A DNA stretch of 64,000 nucleotides from Lama glama (lineage: Eukaryota): the NCBI GenBank assembly GCA_028534125.1, contig CM052816.1, forward strand, positions 93,002,001 through 93,066,000, in the 5' to 3' direction. Shown here in pieces: positions 12,881 to 26,594 of this stretch. The translations under genes and the position numbers were made by a program. The notes beneath the pieces were generated by a model that was not told the DNA's origin, ran no database searches, and saw only the letters and a program-made list of their open reading frames with translations. How positions within the stretch are numbered: position 1 is the stretch's first letter; each line of letters starts with the position of its first letter.

Positions 12881-14454
12881 TTAACCCGTTTTTCCTACAA
12901 CGGATGGAGGGCTGATTTTGGTGGTATTCAGGACTCTTCCCCGAGAGAGACCAGAAGGAACAAGGGTGACCCAACTCTTAGTACAGAAAGGGACTCTGAG
13001 CCAAAGGAAGGGATGCTGACGAAGGTCACAGCCCATGGTGTCTCCTTTTTGCTGAAGGTGAAATCCACTGAGAGGGAAGGAAGAGGGTAGGGGTGGCGGT
13101 GGGGAACTGGGAGAATGGTGAAGGCTTGTAACAGCTGCAGAGAGGGATGGAAAGGAAATCATGTGGTGATTAGGAAAATCATTGTCAAGATGCATTCAGA
13201 ACCCAGCTGTGAGATGGAAAACATAGATTTATAGTGGAACCACTCAGCTCAGCTGAAATTTTTTGCCATCAGCATTTAGGCAGTTGCAGAGCAGAGTAGG
13301 TTGTCTTGACCCCAAGTCTTGAATCTGCTTTTGCTCTGGGGATGTTAATTGTTACGGTCCTGAAAGGTCCTCTGATTTCCATTCTCCTTCCCTTTCCTTT
13401 TGACTAATAAGACTGTGTTCAGTTCTCTGCTTTCATTCCAAAAGCTTAAGGCAAAATTCAAGGTGTGAATTCCTGGGGCAAACATGGTGGCTCTGGAGAA
13501 TCAAGCGCCCTGAAAGAATGGCATCAGGGAGAAACAGAGAGTGGGAGGAAGGAGAAAAAGGATGCCCATACAGCAACCCAGTTGTCCCCTTTGTCCCAAG
13601 CACTGGAGGGCAACCTAAGCAATTATCATCCGAGGTTAACATCTGAGGTGTTAGTGCCTTTCCAGGGACATCTGAAAGGAGACCCCAGTTGCAGATTCCA
13701 AGGCAAGCTGAGTTAAATCACTCGTCCTGCCCAAGGCAGAAGGATCTTACAGACTTCAGCACGGGGTGGAATGCAGGACCTAAAAGGAGAGAAGGAAGTT
13801 CTGCGACCAGCATGTGCACACAGAGACACAGAAGCCACTTAGGGGCAGGAAGAAATTATCAGTAGACCCTTCTGGACTTCATGGCTTAGGCATGCCACTG
13901 ATTAGGTCCTAGAGGATAAGTAAAGTTTGAGCAGAGTCTAATTTCTGCAAATAACAGAGGTTCTGCAACCAGAAAGTGACATCTGACAACCGACCAGATT
14001 GAGGCAAGAGCACCACGGGATGCGCAGAAACACGCTCCAGAACCAGCCCTCACGTTGTTCCTAATGCGGAAGCCAGAAATTACTAACTTGAAGTTCACTT
14101 CCTCCTGCGCTGTATCATTGTCATTTGGGTGTATAATTATGCTTAAGTCAAGTCTATTGTCAACTATATTTAGTTTTCACTCCATGGACTGAATTCAGTT
14201 ACTCTCACGAAATCCACACGTGTTGTTATGGATGATTTTCTGAACTTAGTGACTTCTTCGTATCTATTAAATTCAAGACTTTAATTCCCCAGAGTGAGTG
14301 AAACAAGGAAATTTGTCGCCTTCGGAAAAATGCTGCTCTTATGAGGCTGACTTCTGTTGGGGGAGTGTCATTCACAACGTGAGTATTTACATTCAAGAAT
14401 GTATCTAACTAATTTGACGTTAAGTCTCACGAAGCATTTCCTTTTCTCTTTTTA

Positions 14455-15290
14455 TAGCTTTATTGATATTTATATTACACATAATACGAAATTCACCCAT
14501 TGAAAGTACACAGTTCAGCGATTTTTAGTATATTCATGGAATTGTGCCTCCATCACCACAATCCAATTTTAGAATATTTTCAACACATCAAAAAGAAACC
14601 TCTTTTCATTAGAGTCATTCATCATTCCCCCACCCTTCTCCTCAACCCTAGGTAACCACTAATCTACTTCCTGTCTCTGTGGTGTGGATTTGCCTATCCT
14701 GGGCACTTCACGTGAATGGAATTATACAATATGTGGTCTTCTGTGACCGGCTTCTTGCACTTAGCATTATAATTTTAGGATTCACCTATGTTCTAGCATG
14801 TACTAATAGTTCATTCCTTTTTATTATCATATAATCTTCTGTTGTGTGGATATAATACATTTTGTTTATTCATTCATCAGTTGGATAGATAATGTGGTAT
14901 TCCCAGATAATAAAATGTTATTCAGTGATCTAGGTTAGTTCCATTTGGCTATTATGAATAATGCTGCTATGAACATTTATGTCCAAGTTTTAATTTTCAG
15001 TCTCTTGGGTCTGCACTTAGGATGAAATAACTGGGTTATGCGGTAAGTCTGTGTTTAGCATTTTTAGGAACTATCAGACTGTTTGCCAAAGTGGCTGTGC
15101 CATTTGCCATTTGTCATTTGCCATTTGACTCACCAGCAATAGGGGAGGTTTCCAATACCTCCACATCGTTATCAACACTTGTTATTGTCTGTCTTTTTAA
15201 TTTTAGCCATTCTAGTGTGAAGTGTTACCTCATTGTGGTTTTGAGTTGCATTTCACTGGTGACTGATGTTGAGCATCTCTTCAAGTGTTC
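14455..15290 (-). mobile_element. Old L1 (L1MB-like) 3' region
   Basis: gctttattgata...aaattcacccattgaaagtacacagttcag...gctattatgaataatgctgctatgaacatt. Confidence 0.85.
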
Positions 15291-15427
15291 CCTCTGTCTC
15301 TTTATCTTCCCCACTCCTACACATGTTTCTGGAGAGACTTCAATGCGCCAAGCATGAGGACAAAATATCATGTTCTCTGTGATTTTACAGGCTTGTTAAG
15401 GAAGATAAGGAAGTGGCCAAATGTAGT

Positions 15428-15555
15428 GGGGAGGGTATAGCTTAAGTGGTAGAGTGCATGCTTAGCATGCACGAGGTCCTGAATTCAATCCCCAGTACCT
15501 CCTCTAAGAGTAAATAAATAAACCTAATTATCTCTCCTCATCAAAAAAAAAAAAA
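15428..15555 (+). mobile_element. Camelid tRNA-derived SINE (Vic-1-type)
   Basis: GGGGAGGGTATAGCTTAAGTGGTAGAG head with Pol III A/B boxes and an A-tail; TSD AAGTGGCCAAATG at 15411-15423 and 15556-15568. Confidence 0.9.
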
Positions 15556-16869
15556 AAGTGGCCAAATGAGAGCCCAGGCAGTAAGGGTTCAGAAATAAGA
15601 AGTTCAGAAATTGTGGTGATGCCCAGGGCACAAAGGATGATGGGCACATCACCCAGAGGAACAGGGAGGATCTGGATGGGCAGAGAATGAAATGATTCCC
15701 CTTATTTTAATTCAAATACAGTACTTTCTGTTTACCTTTAGATGACACTTGGAACCCAAAATCTCCATGCCTGGGTCATTGGAAAAGAACTCAGAGTTGG
15801 AAGATACTTCAGTAAATGAACTTATAATGGGAGGACAAGCATCCCATGTGCTTATAAAATACAATGATTGACTCCTTTGTATATGTGCTTATTCATTCAT
15901 TGTGATAATTATTTAATGCCATGTGATTTCAGGTCATTTTAGGAAGAAACAGAGTTAGAGAAAAATCAGACATATAGATCCAGTTTATACACTGGGTACC
16001 GCTCACCCATCGACACTAATTTACACCTTCCCCAACATACAGACATATTTAAACATCTTTACCTACAATTACATAGGTCTGTTCAGAACTACTTACCATT
16101 TACAAATGTTCTTGTCCTATTTCTTTCCTTGTTGCCTATACCTTGCACACCTGTGATTCTATTATTCAAGAGTTTCCACTGTATTATTATATTTATTGGT
16201 TGACTGGTGGGGTTTTGAGAGTAGGGGCCATGTTTATCTTACTTGCATCTCACTGCCTACACATTTCAGTTCCTGCTGTGTAATAAGTGTTCAAAAATAC
16301 TGAACTATATCAAAGAGAAGCCAGGGACTCACAGACAGTATTGTGTTCAGATAGAATTAATATCTTCTTTTGAGAGGCATCACCTAGAAACCAGGAAATA
16401 GAAGACTTTCAGCAGTAAATTATTTTTACATATATTTACAGGCTCACACACATACACGTAAACTGGTGTGTAGTCCCAAGTCTCTCCCATGTCGATGTAT
16501 AAGGGTCCAGGTCCTGGAGTACCTGAAGGAGCCAAGGACGATCCTTGTCTTGTTGGGGCAGAGACTGCACAAAACCAGAAGAGGCACTCAGTGGAGAGTC
16601 GGAAAAGCCCAGTGTCTAGAATAAGAGTCAAACCCAAGCAGCCCTGAGGCTAAGTTTTGGTCTGGGGCTCCTTGTAGTCTCCCTCCTAGTGATGCGAAGG
16701 TCCGGAAAGGGCCAAACCTACAACTGTAACTATAGGCAGGGAGTGCAACAGACAAGCTGTGGAAAGGAGGCAGAATGTCCAAAAAGTAGAGACGGTAACT
16801 GGGCGATCCAACTGCAGGAGATGGCTAAGTCTTTAATAGCTGACTAATTACCATATTACCAGAACTGAA

Positions 16870-17647
16870 TGTGAAAGGGACTACTGATTCTGACTCTAAT
16901 TCCCACGTGTGGGTTTTGCCCCGACAACAAGCAATTCTCTGACACCAGCTAGTGTCCTATAATTCAACTCAATTCTGGCACTCTTTACCTGGAAATAGCC
17001 ACAGATCCCACAGGTTAAGGGCTCAGTCCCACCAGATTACCACCTACCCTCACCTCAGATGCCAATTGAAAGTCAAGGTTGACCACCAGCTATAGACTGG
17101 AGGTCCCATTGACCCCCTTCCTTGAGTTCGATTAATTTGCTAGAAGTACTCACAGAACTCAGAAACATTTTACTTACTAGATCACCAGCTTATTATAAAA
17201 GGCTATAACTCAGAAACAGCCAGATGGAAGAGATGGGTGGGGCAAGGTATAGGGGAGGGCTGAGGAGTTTCCATACTCTTTCTGGGCACACCACTCTCCT
17301 GGCATCTCCATGTGTTCACCAACCAGAAGCTCTCTGAACCCTGTCTTCTTGGGATTTTTAGGGAGGCTTTTGGTTCTTAGGCATGGTTGATTAAATCGTT
17401 GGCCATTGGCTATTGAACTCAACTTCTAGCCCTTTCCCCTCCCTGGAGGTCAGGGCGGTGGGACTGGAAGTTCCAACCCTCTAATCACCTGATTAGTTCT
17501 CCTGGCAACCAGTCTCCACCCTAGGTCTTTTCCAAAAGTCATACCATTAACATAACAAAAGACAGCTTTATCTCTTTCATCACAGGAAATATGGAGAGTT
17601 TTAGGAATGAAGAACACATATATATTTCTTATTCTAAACCACAATGG
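16870..17647 (-). mobile_element. MER21-like solo LTR
   Basis: The minus strand starts ttgtggtttagaataagaaatatatat...; contains caattctctgacaccagct...gatcccacaggttaagggctcagtccc. Confidence 0.8.
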
Positions 17648-17649
17648 TA

Positions 17650-17960
17650 CCGAGGGTCTTGAAAAGTTCCTCTAGAATGAGTGGGAAATGCTACTCAACT
17701 TCTCACACCCTTTACTATTAAACTCTGTCAAAAGAAGGAAGGAAAGTGGAGAGGATGAGTCTTTCACAAAATAGATTAATGTATTGTTGAATTGTAGTGT
17801 CATCAGCCATTAACTTCTTGTTGCAGCATACCCAAAACATTACAGCGAATGCTAATCCAAGTGGTATTTGATGTTTGTAATTGGGCTCAGCATTCATATG
17901 TGATCCTCCATCCATCACAATTCTTGCACTTGATCAACCATCTGTGCTTCTCAGAATTTT
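17650..17960. mobile_element. Mariner (MARNA-like) DNA transposon remnant
   Basis: TA|CCGAGGGTCTTGAAAAGTTC terminus, then ttctcacaccctttactatt...ctctgtcaaaagaag...cagccatta, matching the MARNA 5' end as recalled. Confidence 0.55.
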
Positions 17961-18881
17961 AAATCACATCTTGTTAAAATATGCACACTCAAAGTAGCTG
18001 GAACATTAACCCTCCTCATTACATTCCCTCTCGTGGCACAGCCTTTTAAGCTGACAGCAACAATGTTGTAGTAATTTGAGAACCCAGGATACACTTTCTA
18101 GTAACTTCGGCCCATGGAATTCGGGAAATAAGTATTGCCACAGTTTAAAGGACACGTGCCCTTTGGTATTAATGAACTTGCTACTGGTGGACACTCTTCT
18201 CAGAAGCAACAACTCTTCAGAAATCCATTTAATGATAGTTTTGGAAAGAGTAATATAACCACTGCATGTCTATTACATGTCTAAGAATAGAGGATCCTGC
18301 CTTTAACTTGAACCAGGTATACAACTTTCCCAGGATTTTGACTCTCACTATTTATGATTCACGTTGTAAAATATACATAACCACTTCTGCAATGATTTAG
18401 AGGAATGTCAATGAACATTTTGGAAAACTGAAGGCTAAAAAGAACGTGGCATGTTCACTCTCTGGCAATGAATCTTCCTCAGTATTGGCTTCATCTGACA
18501 GGCAGTTGTACTTATGACACCAAAGAATAAAAATAAAATAAATAAGGTTAAATAAATAGAAAATAAAATATTTTAGCCACCTTCTTGGAACACTACCAAG
18601 GAAAGATGTGGTTAGATGAGAATGGAGTGGAGTTGAGCATATTACTTAGTGTTTGCCTGGCCTGTTTCTCCTTTTAGCTGCTTAAAGTGAGGTTGTCACT
18701 GGCGTTCTTGAGCCTCCTAGAGGCTTAAACAAGGTCTTGGTTGCTTAAGTTTAACTCTGTCAAATCTGCTCTAAAATTAAGATAGGAGATAACACAAGAG
18801 AGAAGTATTTTATTGTATTTTTTGCTGGTTCTGTCACTTAAAGAATTTCTATTGAAACATTTATTCATTTAAATTGCTTTT

Positions 18882-19316
18882 TTAATTCATTTTTTATTGA
18901 TTTATAATCATTTTACAATGTTGTGTCAAATTCCAGTGTAGAGCACAATCTTTCAATTATACATGAACATATATATATTCATTGTCACATTCCTTTCTCT
19001 GTGAGCTACCATAAGATCTTGTATGTATTTCCCTGTGCTATACAGTATAATCTTGTCTGTCTATTCTACAATTTTGAAATCCCAGTCTATCTCTTCCCAC
19101 CCCCCCACCCCCTTGGCAACCACAAGTCTGTATTCTATGTCTATGAGTCTATTTCTATTCTGTATTTATGCTTTGTTTTTTTTGTTTTTTTGTTTGTTTT
19201 TGTTTTGTTTTGTTTTGTTTTGTTTTAGATTCCACATATGAGTGATCTCATATGGTATTTTTCTTTCTCTTTCTGGCTTACTTCACTTAGAATGACATTC
19301 TCCAGGAGCATCCATG
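18882..19316 (-). mobile_element. Young L1 3' end
   Basis: ttttacaatgttgtgtcaaattccagtgtagagcacaat...cttacttcacttagaatgaca; TTGCTTTT on both flanks. Confidence 0.9.
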
Positions 19317-19333
19317 TTGCTTTTGAGAGATCT

Positions 19334-19822
19334 TGTACAAAATTTCTCCCTACCCCTTTTGGTTCTTTTGGCTGGCCCAATAATTAAATTGACACAAGAC
19401 AGAATAACAGGAGAGAAAAAAAAAAACAAAGTTAATCACTTACGTACGGAGGTCTCATAGCTCAGCACCCAAAGAAACGACCAAAGCAGGCAGCTTTTGT
19501 ACTTTTTAAACAAAGAAACAATAAATTTGTGAAGTGCTGTCAAGACAAAGAAACTCAGGTTTGGGTATTTTTTAGGGAAGAAATTAAGCAGAATTTGTTT
19601 ACACAGCCTTCTCGGCCCTGAATTGCCCATCTCTGGTGATAAGGACGTCTCCCTGCTTCCTGGTGCTGGGAGGGTACCTTTCACGTGGGAAATTCACTTC
19701 CTGCTTCCAGGAGGACAGAAATGAGGGTCAGCGTGTCCTTCTTGCACCAGCTGTTTTTCAAGTAACTTTAATTCAAAATAATCGATATGCCACTTTGGGG
19801 CAGCCTAACCTGAGGGCCATCA
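19334..19822 (-). mobile_element. ERV1 solo LTR (MER34-like)
   Basis: The minus strand reads tgatggccctcagg...ccccaaagtggcatatcgattattttgaattaaagttacttg, resembling the MER34 5' end. Confidence 0.7.
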
Positions 19823-20667
19823 GTACAATGTTTATTACTTTTAAGTACACACAGCAATTAGGCCAGGAGAGCGAAGTATTGCCTAGCAGGAATCCTGAGG
19901 GAATCAGATTTGATGGCTCTATAAGAATGCTTTCCAATGAGTGTATCAATGATTTATGAATATGTACTTTTCTGGAGCACTTACAAATATTTAAAAATTA
20001 CTTACAGAAGGATTCAAAAGGCTTTATCTTCCCCTCAGATAAAGTTTGTGTACACCATTCATTTACTCAGCAAATCCTTTCTTTACAAATAATGAAAAGA
20101 CACATGAGCCCTGCCCTTGTCTGTTATTCACAAATGTCCAGTTTCGTGGAGTCTGAATTATGAGACTTTGAAATTTTAGAGTCTTGGGGTGGTCTACCCC
20201 ATGTTTACCAAACATGGTGGATGTGTAGGGTCACCTTAGAAGGAACAGGGATTCCCCAAGATCTTACCACATCATTCTCATCCCAGTGAGCAAAACTCAG
20301 AAGAACTCACAGTGATGGTCTCAATACTGGGAATGACAAGTGGCATAAAACGAGATTCATTTAATTTAAAAAAATTACATTGAAGTCAAATATTAATTTT
20401 CCTTAAGTCTTTATATACTGCTTAAGTCTCTTAAGGTTCAATTTTGTATTTAAATTACTTTAAACAAAAGTTTTTCTATCCAGACGGACCTTGATTATCT
20501 TGATCTAAGAGCACTGGGATAATGAAGATGATGGTAACCTGACTGTGAGTCAGTCTGCAGAGTCAGCAGTGGCTGCATCCAGGCTCGATGGGTCAAATAA
20601 GGAACTGGTTTGAGAGAGATCTGAAGTTTTAGTATGTTTGGTCATTAAGGAGAATTGACACATTTCT

Positions 20668-21963
20668 CTTTTGTTTTTAAACTTTTTTTTATTGAGTTAT
20701 AGTCATTTTACAATGTTGTGTCAAATTCCAGTGTAGAGCACAATTTTTCAGTTATACATGAACATACATGTATTACTTGTCACATTTTTTTCTCTGTGAG
20801 CTACCACAAGATCTTGTATATACTTCCCTGTGCTACACAGTATAATCTTGTTTATCTATTCTGCATACGCCTGTCAGTATCTACAAATTTTGAACTCCCA
20901 GTATATCCCTTCCCACCCCCCTCCCCCTTGGCAACCACAGGTTTGTATTCTATGTCTATGAGTCTGTTTCTGTTTTGTATTTATTATTTTTTTAAGATTC
21001 CACATATGAGTTATCTCATANNNNNNNNNNNNNNNNNNNNNNNNNNNNNNNNNNNNNNNNNNNNNNNNNNNNNNNNNNNNNNNNNNNNNNNNNNNNNNNN
21101 NNNNNNNNNNNNNNNNNNNNNNNNNNNNNNNNNNNNNNNNNNNNNNNNNNNNNNNNNNNNNNNNNNNNNNNNNNNNNNNNNNNNNNNNNNNNNNNNNNNN
21201 NNNNNNNNNNNNNNNNNNNNNNNNNNNNNNNNNNNNNNNNNNNNNNNNNNNNNNNNNNNNNNNNNNNNNNNNNNNNNNNNNNNNNNNNNNNNNNNNNNNN
21301 NNNNNNNNNNNNNNNNNNNNNNNNNNNNNNNNNNNNNNNNNNNNNNNNNNNNNNNNNNNNNNNNNNNNNNNNNNNNNNNNNNNNNNNNNNNNNNNNNNNN
21401 NNNNNNNNNNNNNNNNNNNNNNNNNNNNNNNNNNNNNNNNNNNNNNNNNNNNNNNNNNNNNNNNNNNNNNNNNNNNNNNNNNNNNNNNNNNNNNNNNNNN
21501 NNNNNNNNNNNNNNNNNNNNTTTCTGTTTTGTATTTATTATTTTTTTAAGATTCCACATATGAGTTATCTCATATGGTATTTTTCTTTCTCTTTCTGGCT
21601 TACTTCACTTAGAATGACATTCTCCAGAAACATCAATATTGCTGCAAATGGTGTTATGTTGTCATTTTTATGGCTGGATAGTATTCCATTGTATAAAATA
21701 CACCACTTCTTCTTTATCCAGTCATCTGTTGATGGACATTTAGGCTGTTTCCATATCTTGGCTATTGTAAATATTGCTGCTATGAACACTGGGGTGCAGG
21801 TGTCTTTTTGAAGTAGGGTTCCTTCTGGTTATATGCCCAGGAGTGGGATGACTGGGTCATATGGTAAATCTATTCCTAGACTTTCGAGGAATCTCCATAC
21901 TGTTTTCCACAGTGGCTGCACCAAACTGCATTTCCACCAGTAGTGTAGGAGGGTTCCCTTTTC
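20668..21963 (-). mobile_element. Young L1 3' end with ORF2 C-terminal remnant, spanning the gap
   Basis: ORF 21565-21789 [27 protein letters not shown] is the L1 ORF2p C-terminus; 21-bp TSD AAGGAGAATTGACA(C/T)ATTTCT at 20647-20667 and 21964-21984. Confidence 0.95.
21021..21520. other. Assembly gap (500 N)
   Basis: Run of N with 54 bp duplicated on both sides. Confidence 1.
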
Positions 21964-24559
21964 AAGGAGAATTGACATATTTCTTGAACTGAAATGTCTT
22001 TATTTGTTCAAGAAATGTAATGGACTTTCATTTGACAGTAAAAAAAAAAAGGGGGGGGCAGGGACTGTGTCTTCTTTTCTTCCCCCTAGTACAGCTCCTG
22101 GCACATGGCCAGGATTTCCAATGTGTTTGATTGCTGAATAAATTAAGAAATAAATGGAATACTATGGTGTGAGGGGGATGTTGGAAAAGTGAGAAGAAAG
22201 CCTTCACACACTTGGAGAGGATGCTCTTGGATTGTGGCGGACCCCTACTGGGTGCCTGCTTATCCCACACCCTTCCTTCCTTCAGCAGGATGGCTCTCCA
22301 GGTCTTGTTGGCTCCACTGACCGGAGCTGACTGGACCAGGTGAGCGCTGGACCTAAGATCCCCACTCCAGGAATTGGGGTTAAGACATGCTTGTCTGTCT
22401 GTCTCTGCTGGGTGCCTGAACTAAGGACGTGTAAACCAGGGTGTCACGGGGCAGCAACCTCCTGCCGTGTGCATGGAGAGGCAAAGCTCTTTAGGGAGAG
22501 CTATTTAGAGAGAGGGAGGAGTTAGGGAGCAGGTCCCACTGAGGAGATGCAGTTACCCGCTGGTTGCTTCCGTCTTGCCTCGGGCTACTGAGACACCCCC
22601 GTAGCCTCCCCAACCCTCTTCCTCTTTGCTTAAACCCATTTGAGTGGGTTTCTCCTACTTTTCAACAAAAAACTTGACAAAGATGAGATATTTTGAAAAT
22701 TCACTCTCCCTTTCTGGCTTGAGCTTTCAGAAAGGAGCGTATAGCTGGGAGTATGTGACAGGCACATGATAAAGCCTCCTCTTTATTGGCAGGAGAAATT
22801 TTTTAAGTGCCCAATTCTAAGAATTCTTCAGCATTTTTCTTCCTGATATTCCTCCCTCAGCATAATCCTGTGAAACAGTGTAATTCTATGGCTTTTTCTG
22901 TCAATTGATGGTAGACGATATATATAATGTTTTCCCAATTAAAAATGGCAACTGAGAAGGAAAACTGTCCCAAACAAGGTCTGGTATATACATTTTTTTT
23001 TTTTGCCGACATAGTTTTTAACTCCTGGGAAATAATTAGCATTTCTGAGCAATTTTCTGATAGACTTTAAGGAGGTTAAGCTACCCTTTTGGAAAGTTAT
23101 GTGCCTCCTTACCCACCCAACTGACCATCTGCCTTTGTACGAGTCTGAGGTCACCACGCATATTTTATATTGTGTCGTATGGAAGTATAACTCAAAACTT
23201 CTAAAAGCATGATTCTTCTATAAATACAAAACAGCATATGTCAAAGATTTATTTAACTCATTAATAAGAGATGCAGCTAGTTTAAAATTTATGGGAAATA
23301 CTGAGTATCATCAATGGAAGAATGCTTACTTAGGAATGTAAACTAATATCCTACATAACCATAAAATGGGAACCCTTGTGATTATATTTTCTCCCAGATA
23401 TAAATCATTTCATTTTTTTCCCATAAAAGGTGGTTTATTGTATACTTTAGAAATCATTTCATTTTTACAGGACAGAAATCTACCAGTTAACCTATAACTT
23501 CAGAGTCTGTACCCTAACTCATGGTAATAATTCAGACACAGGTGCATTCTTCTGAAGAATTAAATAATCCTTGGGTGGGCCAGTTATTAAACAATTTTTC
23601 ACTCTAAGACTGAAAAGTCACACATGCTTCTTTCTTCCTTGTTTCTAAGTTTTGGAAAATATTTCTTAACAGCCACTTCTTTTTTTTTTCTTATGAATAT
23701 CTCTAACAGAAGGGACATCTTTGAATTGGCTGGCTCTGCTCTTGTGGAAAATTTGAAATAAAATCTTGACACATGCTCCTTTCAATTTGTCTAAGAAATT
23801 ACTTTAACACATCAATATTAAAAATTATTGGTAAGGCCATCCAAGTGCCAGAAAGCAGATGTTTCTTTGATAGATTATTTCATTTGTTTTTGATAATTGG
23901 AGGTCCTACACAAAGGCCCAAACTAAAATATAGAATGTAAAGGCAATTTAAATAACAAGGAACTCTTATGCATTTATACCATTTTTATTTTTCATCATTA
24001 ATTTTTTTTCAAACATTTAAGTAACGAATTGGCTATCCTCAGATGTAGGTGGAAAATATTGTTTTGATTAAAATGTAAATCCTTTTATAAAGTGGTAATT
24101 TATTACAGCATTGCACCTTGGCAAAAAAAAATGTAGTTTTATTATATACATTTTCATGCTGGCATTTAACAGTTATTGTAATTGCACACCCCACTTGTTA
24201 AATTTTCCTATTAGATATTGAGATCTGTATACTGTTTTTGTGGGTAATACTTTAGATTGAAATAGTTTGGTAAACCATTATTCTACAAATATCAAGTACA
24301 ATGGAAAATTCTTTTCTGTTTCTTTTCTCAGTCTGTACCATTTTAGTTTAATACTTCTGGCAATTTTATATTTTCCTGGATAAAAAAAGCATTTATCCGG
24401 TGTGTTTAGCTTTCCATCTTATAAGATTTTATTTTTAGTGGAAAGTTTAAGTTTTAATTATCAAAGTATTTGTATCAATAACATTTTGCAAATAGTGTAC
24501 TGCAAAATGTAACTCTTACATTTGTTTGTATCTGATTGCTGTCACGTGACTGCTCATTG

Positions 24560-24845
24560 TGGAAAGGTCTTAAGAGCAAAGATGAAGTTTCCCTGAGGAA
24601 CAAGAAATCCTGCCCGTGGGCTGCGGCTTCAGGCCCTGCCCAGTTGTTTCCAACCTGATCTTTCTGACAGCCTACCCTAAGGATTTTAGGCCTACCAGCC
24701 CCCACAATTGTGAAAAGCCAATTCCTTGAAATATGTATAATTTATATAGTTTGCCTGTGTATGTGTGTTCCTGTGTGTGTGCAAGTGTTCCTATATGTAC
24801 ATATTCTGCTGGTTCATTTTCTCTGGTAGAACCCTGACTGCTTCA
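24560..24845 (+). mobile_element. ERVL LTR 3' part (MLT2-like)
   Basis: ccagcccccacaattgtgaaaagccaattccttgaaat...ggttcattttctctggtagaaccctgact. Confidence 0.75.
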
Positions 24846-25119
24846 CCTCTGAAATCGGTAAAGAGGGCTAGGAACTTGCGAACTGTTCCTCTTTGCCCTG
24901 TGAAGAAACTCCCATCGAAGAGCTGAACTCTTTAACATTTGCCACCCAATCCAAGAAGGTTACATTTTCTACGCTGCTTTAAATCTCTCCTTCCTTCCTT
25001 CTGTAATTCCTCCATTTGTTAGTATTTCCCAACTTTAATCAAGTTCATTACACACACAACAGCCTCAAGTTAATGTTGTTAAGGAGACTAAGAGGATGGG
25101 ACAGTATTCAACGTGCGGC

Positions 25120-25670
25120 TGTCAGAATCCTGGTTCTCAATTGCAAGCAACAGAAATTTACAATGGATTGAAGCAAAAAAAGACAACTGGGAAGCTCAGA
25201 ATAGCTGAGAAAGTTGGACAGTAGGGCTTGGAAAATGGCCAGGATGATCTTTGGCAGTAACCAGAAAGCGACCAGACACCCTGCCACAAAACCAGCCTGT
25301 GGAGGATGTTGCTGCCTTGCTGATTGACTGCGGGGTGCGCTGCACAGGGGGCTACCACGGCAACAACTGCCTTGGAAATTCAATCAGTGTTGTCGCAGCC
25401 ACCCTCTGCCAGAATGCATTCTCAGCTGTCCCACGTTTTGGCTCCGCAGCTCCTGGCTGAAGTCCAAGGCTGGCACAATTTGATTGGTCACGCCTGGGTC
25501 ACATGCTGATGCCCTAGCGGTAAGCAGGTGGGGAGAATATTTGGTACTTTTGGTTTCTGTAGGGGAAGGAGAGCTCTGCTTGGTGTGAAATTCTCCAAGT
25601 ACGGAGGAGGGGTAGTGTGGGAGTGGTGGTGGATTTGGGTGTGGGTCAAAGAGGACAAACGTCCACTCTG
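25120..25670 (-). mobile_element. Old MaLR LTR (MLT1L/N-like)
   Basis: ttgcaagcaacagaaa start, tttgattggtcacgcctgggtcacatg core and acaaacgtccact end. Confidence 0.5.
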
Positions 25671-26594
25671 GTGCCTTCTGGCACCACCCCTCTGTGGAAG
25701 CCAGCATGACCGTAGCAGCCTAGACTCCATGGAGTAGTAATGCTGGAGCACTTGGCTGTGACCTGCAGGGAAGCAGAGTGGGTGAGACTGGGAGGAGAAG
25801 GAGGAGTAGCCAGGTGGTTGGAGGACACCTGAGGATAGTGACCTTGGGCCTTGTGGACCATGGAGGACCAGAAGGAAAAAGGGCATCTGCACAGAGTGGC
25901 TTGGCCAACATCCACGGGTCCTTAAAGGAGCATCTCTGAATGGTGCCTATGGAGCCCTTTTCATTACCACGAGACAAAAGCATTCCAGGGATGGCTGACC
26001 TCCAGGCATGTACTCAACTTCCAACAGGACTGATACCCACCTGTGCCTGGAGGCTTTGCTTGGCTTATCTTACCAAATGTGGAGGACATCCCTGCTTCAG
26101 CATCCAAGCGTATTTGTAAACTCTCTTAGCCCCTGCCTGCGAAAGAGAGTAGGGTTTTGGACACCCAGGTAGATGGTGGCAGTCATGGAGTAGAACAGAT
26201 GCCACTCACCCAGCATCTGTACTTGAATGGATTTGAACAAAACCGGCTAGAGCTTTTATTCACCAATTATTTGACCCTTGCCACTCCTCCTCTCCTTTGG
26301 TTGGGACAGCAGTGAAAGTTACCTTTAGTTTGAGACTACCCAATTTATAACTCATATTCACAAAATAAAATTGACCCATAAAAAATCAAATGGTTGGCAG
26401 CTGCCATATCGTTGAGGACTGCTTTCAGTTGCAGGGAACAGAAAACATCATGTACAAAGCTTTAAAAAAATAGAGGTTTAATTTCCTACCTAACAAGTGG
26501 TTTGGAATTGGTAGTTGCTATTGTTGGTTCAGACTCAAAGACATTAAAGCTATCGTTCTTGTAATTCAACGGGATTTCCCCTCATGGTCATCAC

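Noticed and set aside
15428..15500. tRNA-like sequence with A and B boxes (seven copies in the window)
   Set aside because: SINE heads with A-tails and TSDs, not tRNA genes.
20718..21563. 281-aa and 182-aa ORFs
   Set aside because: Artefacts of translating through the N gap inside an L1.
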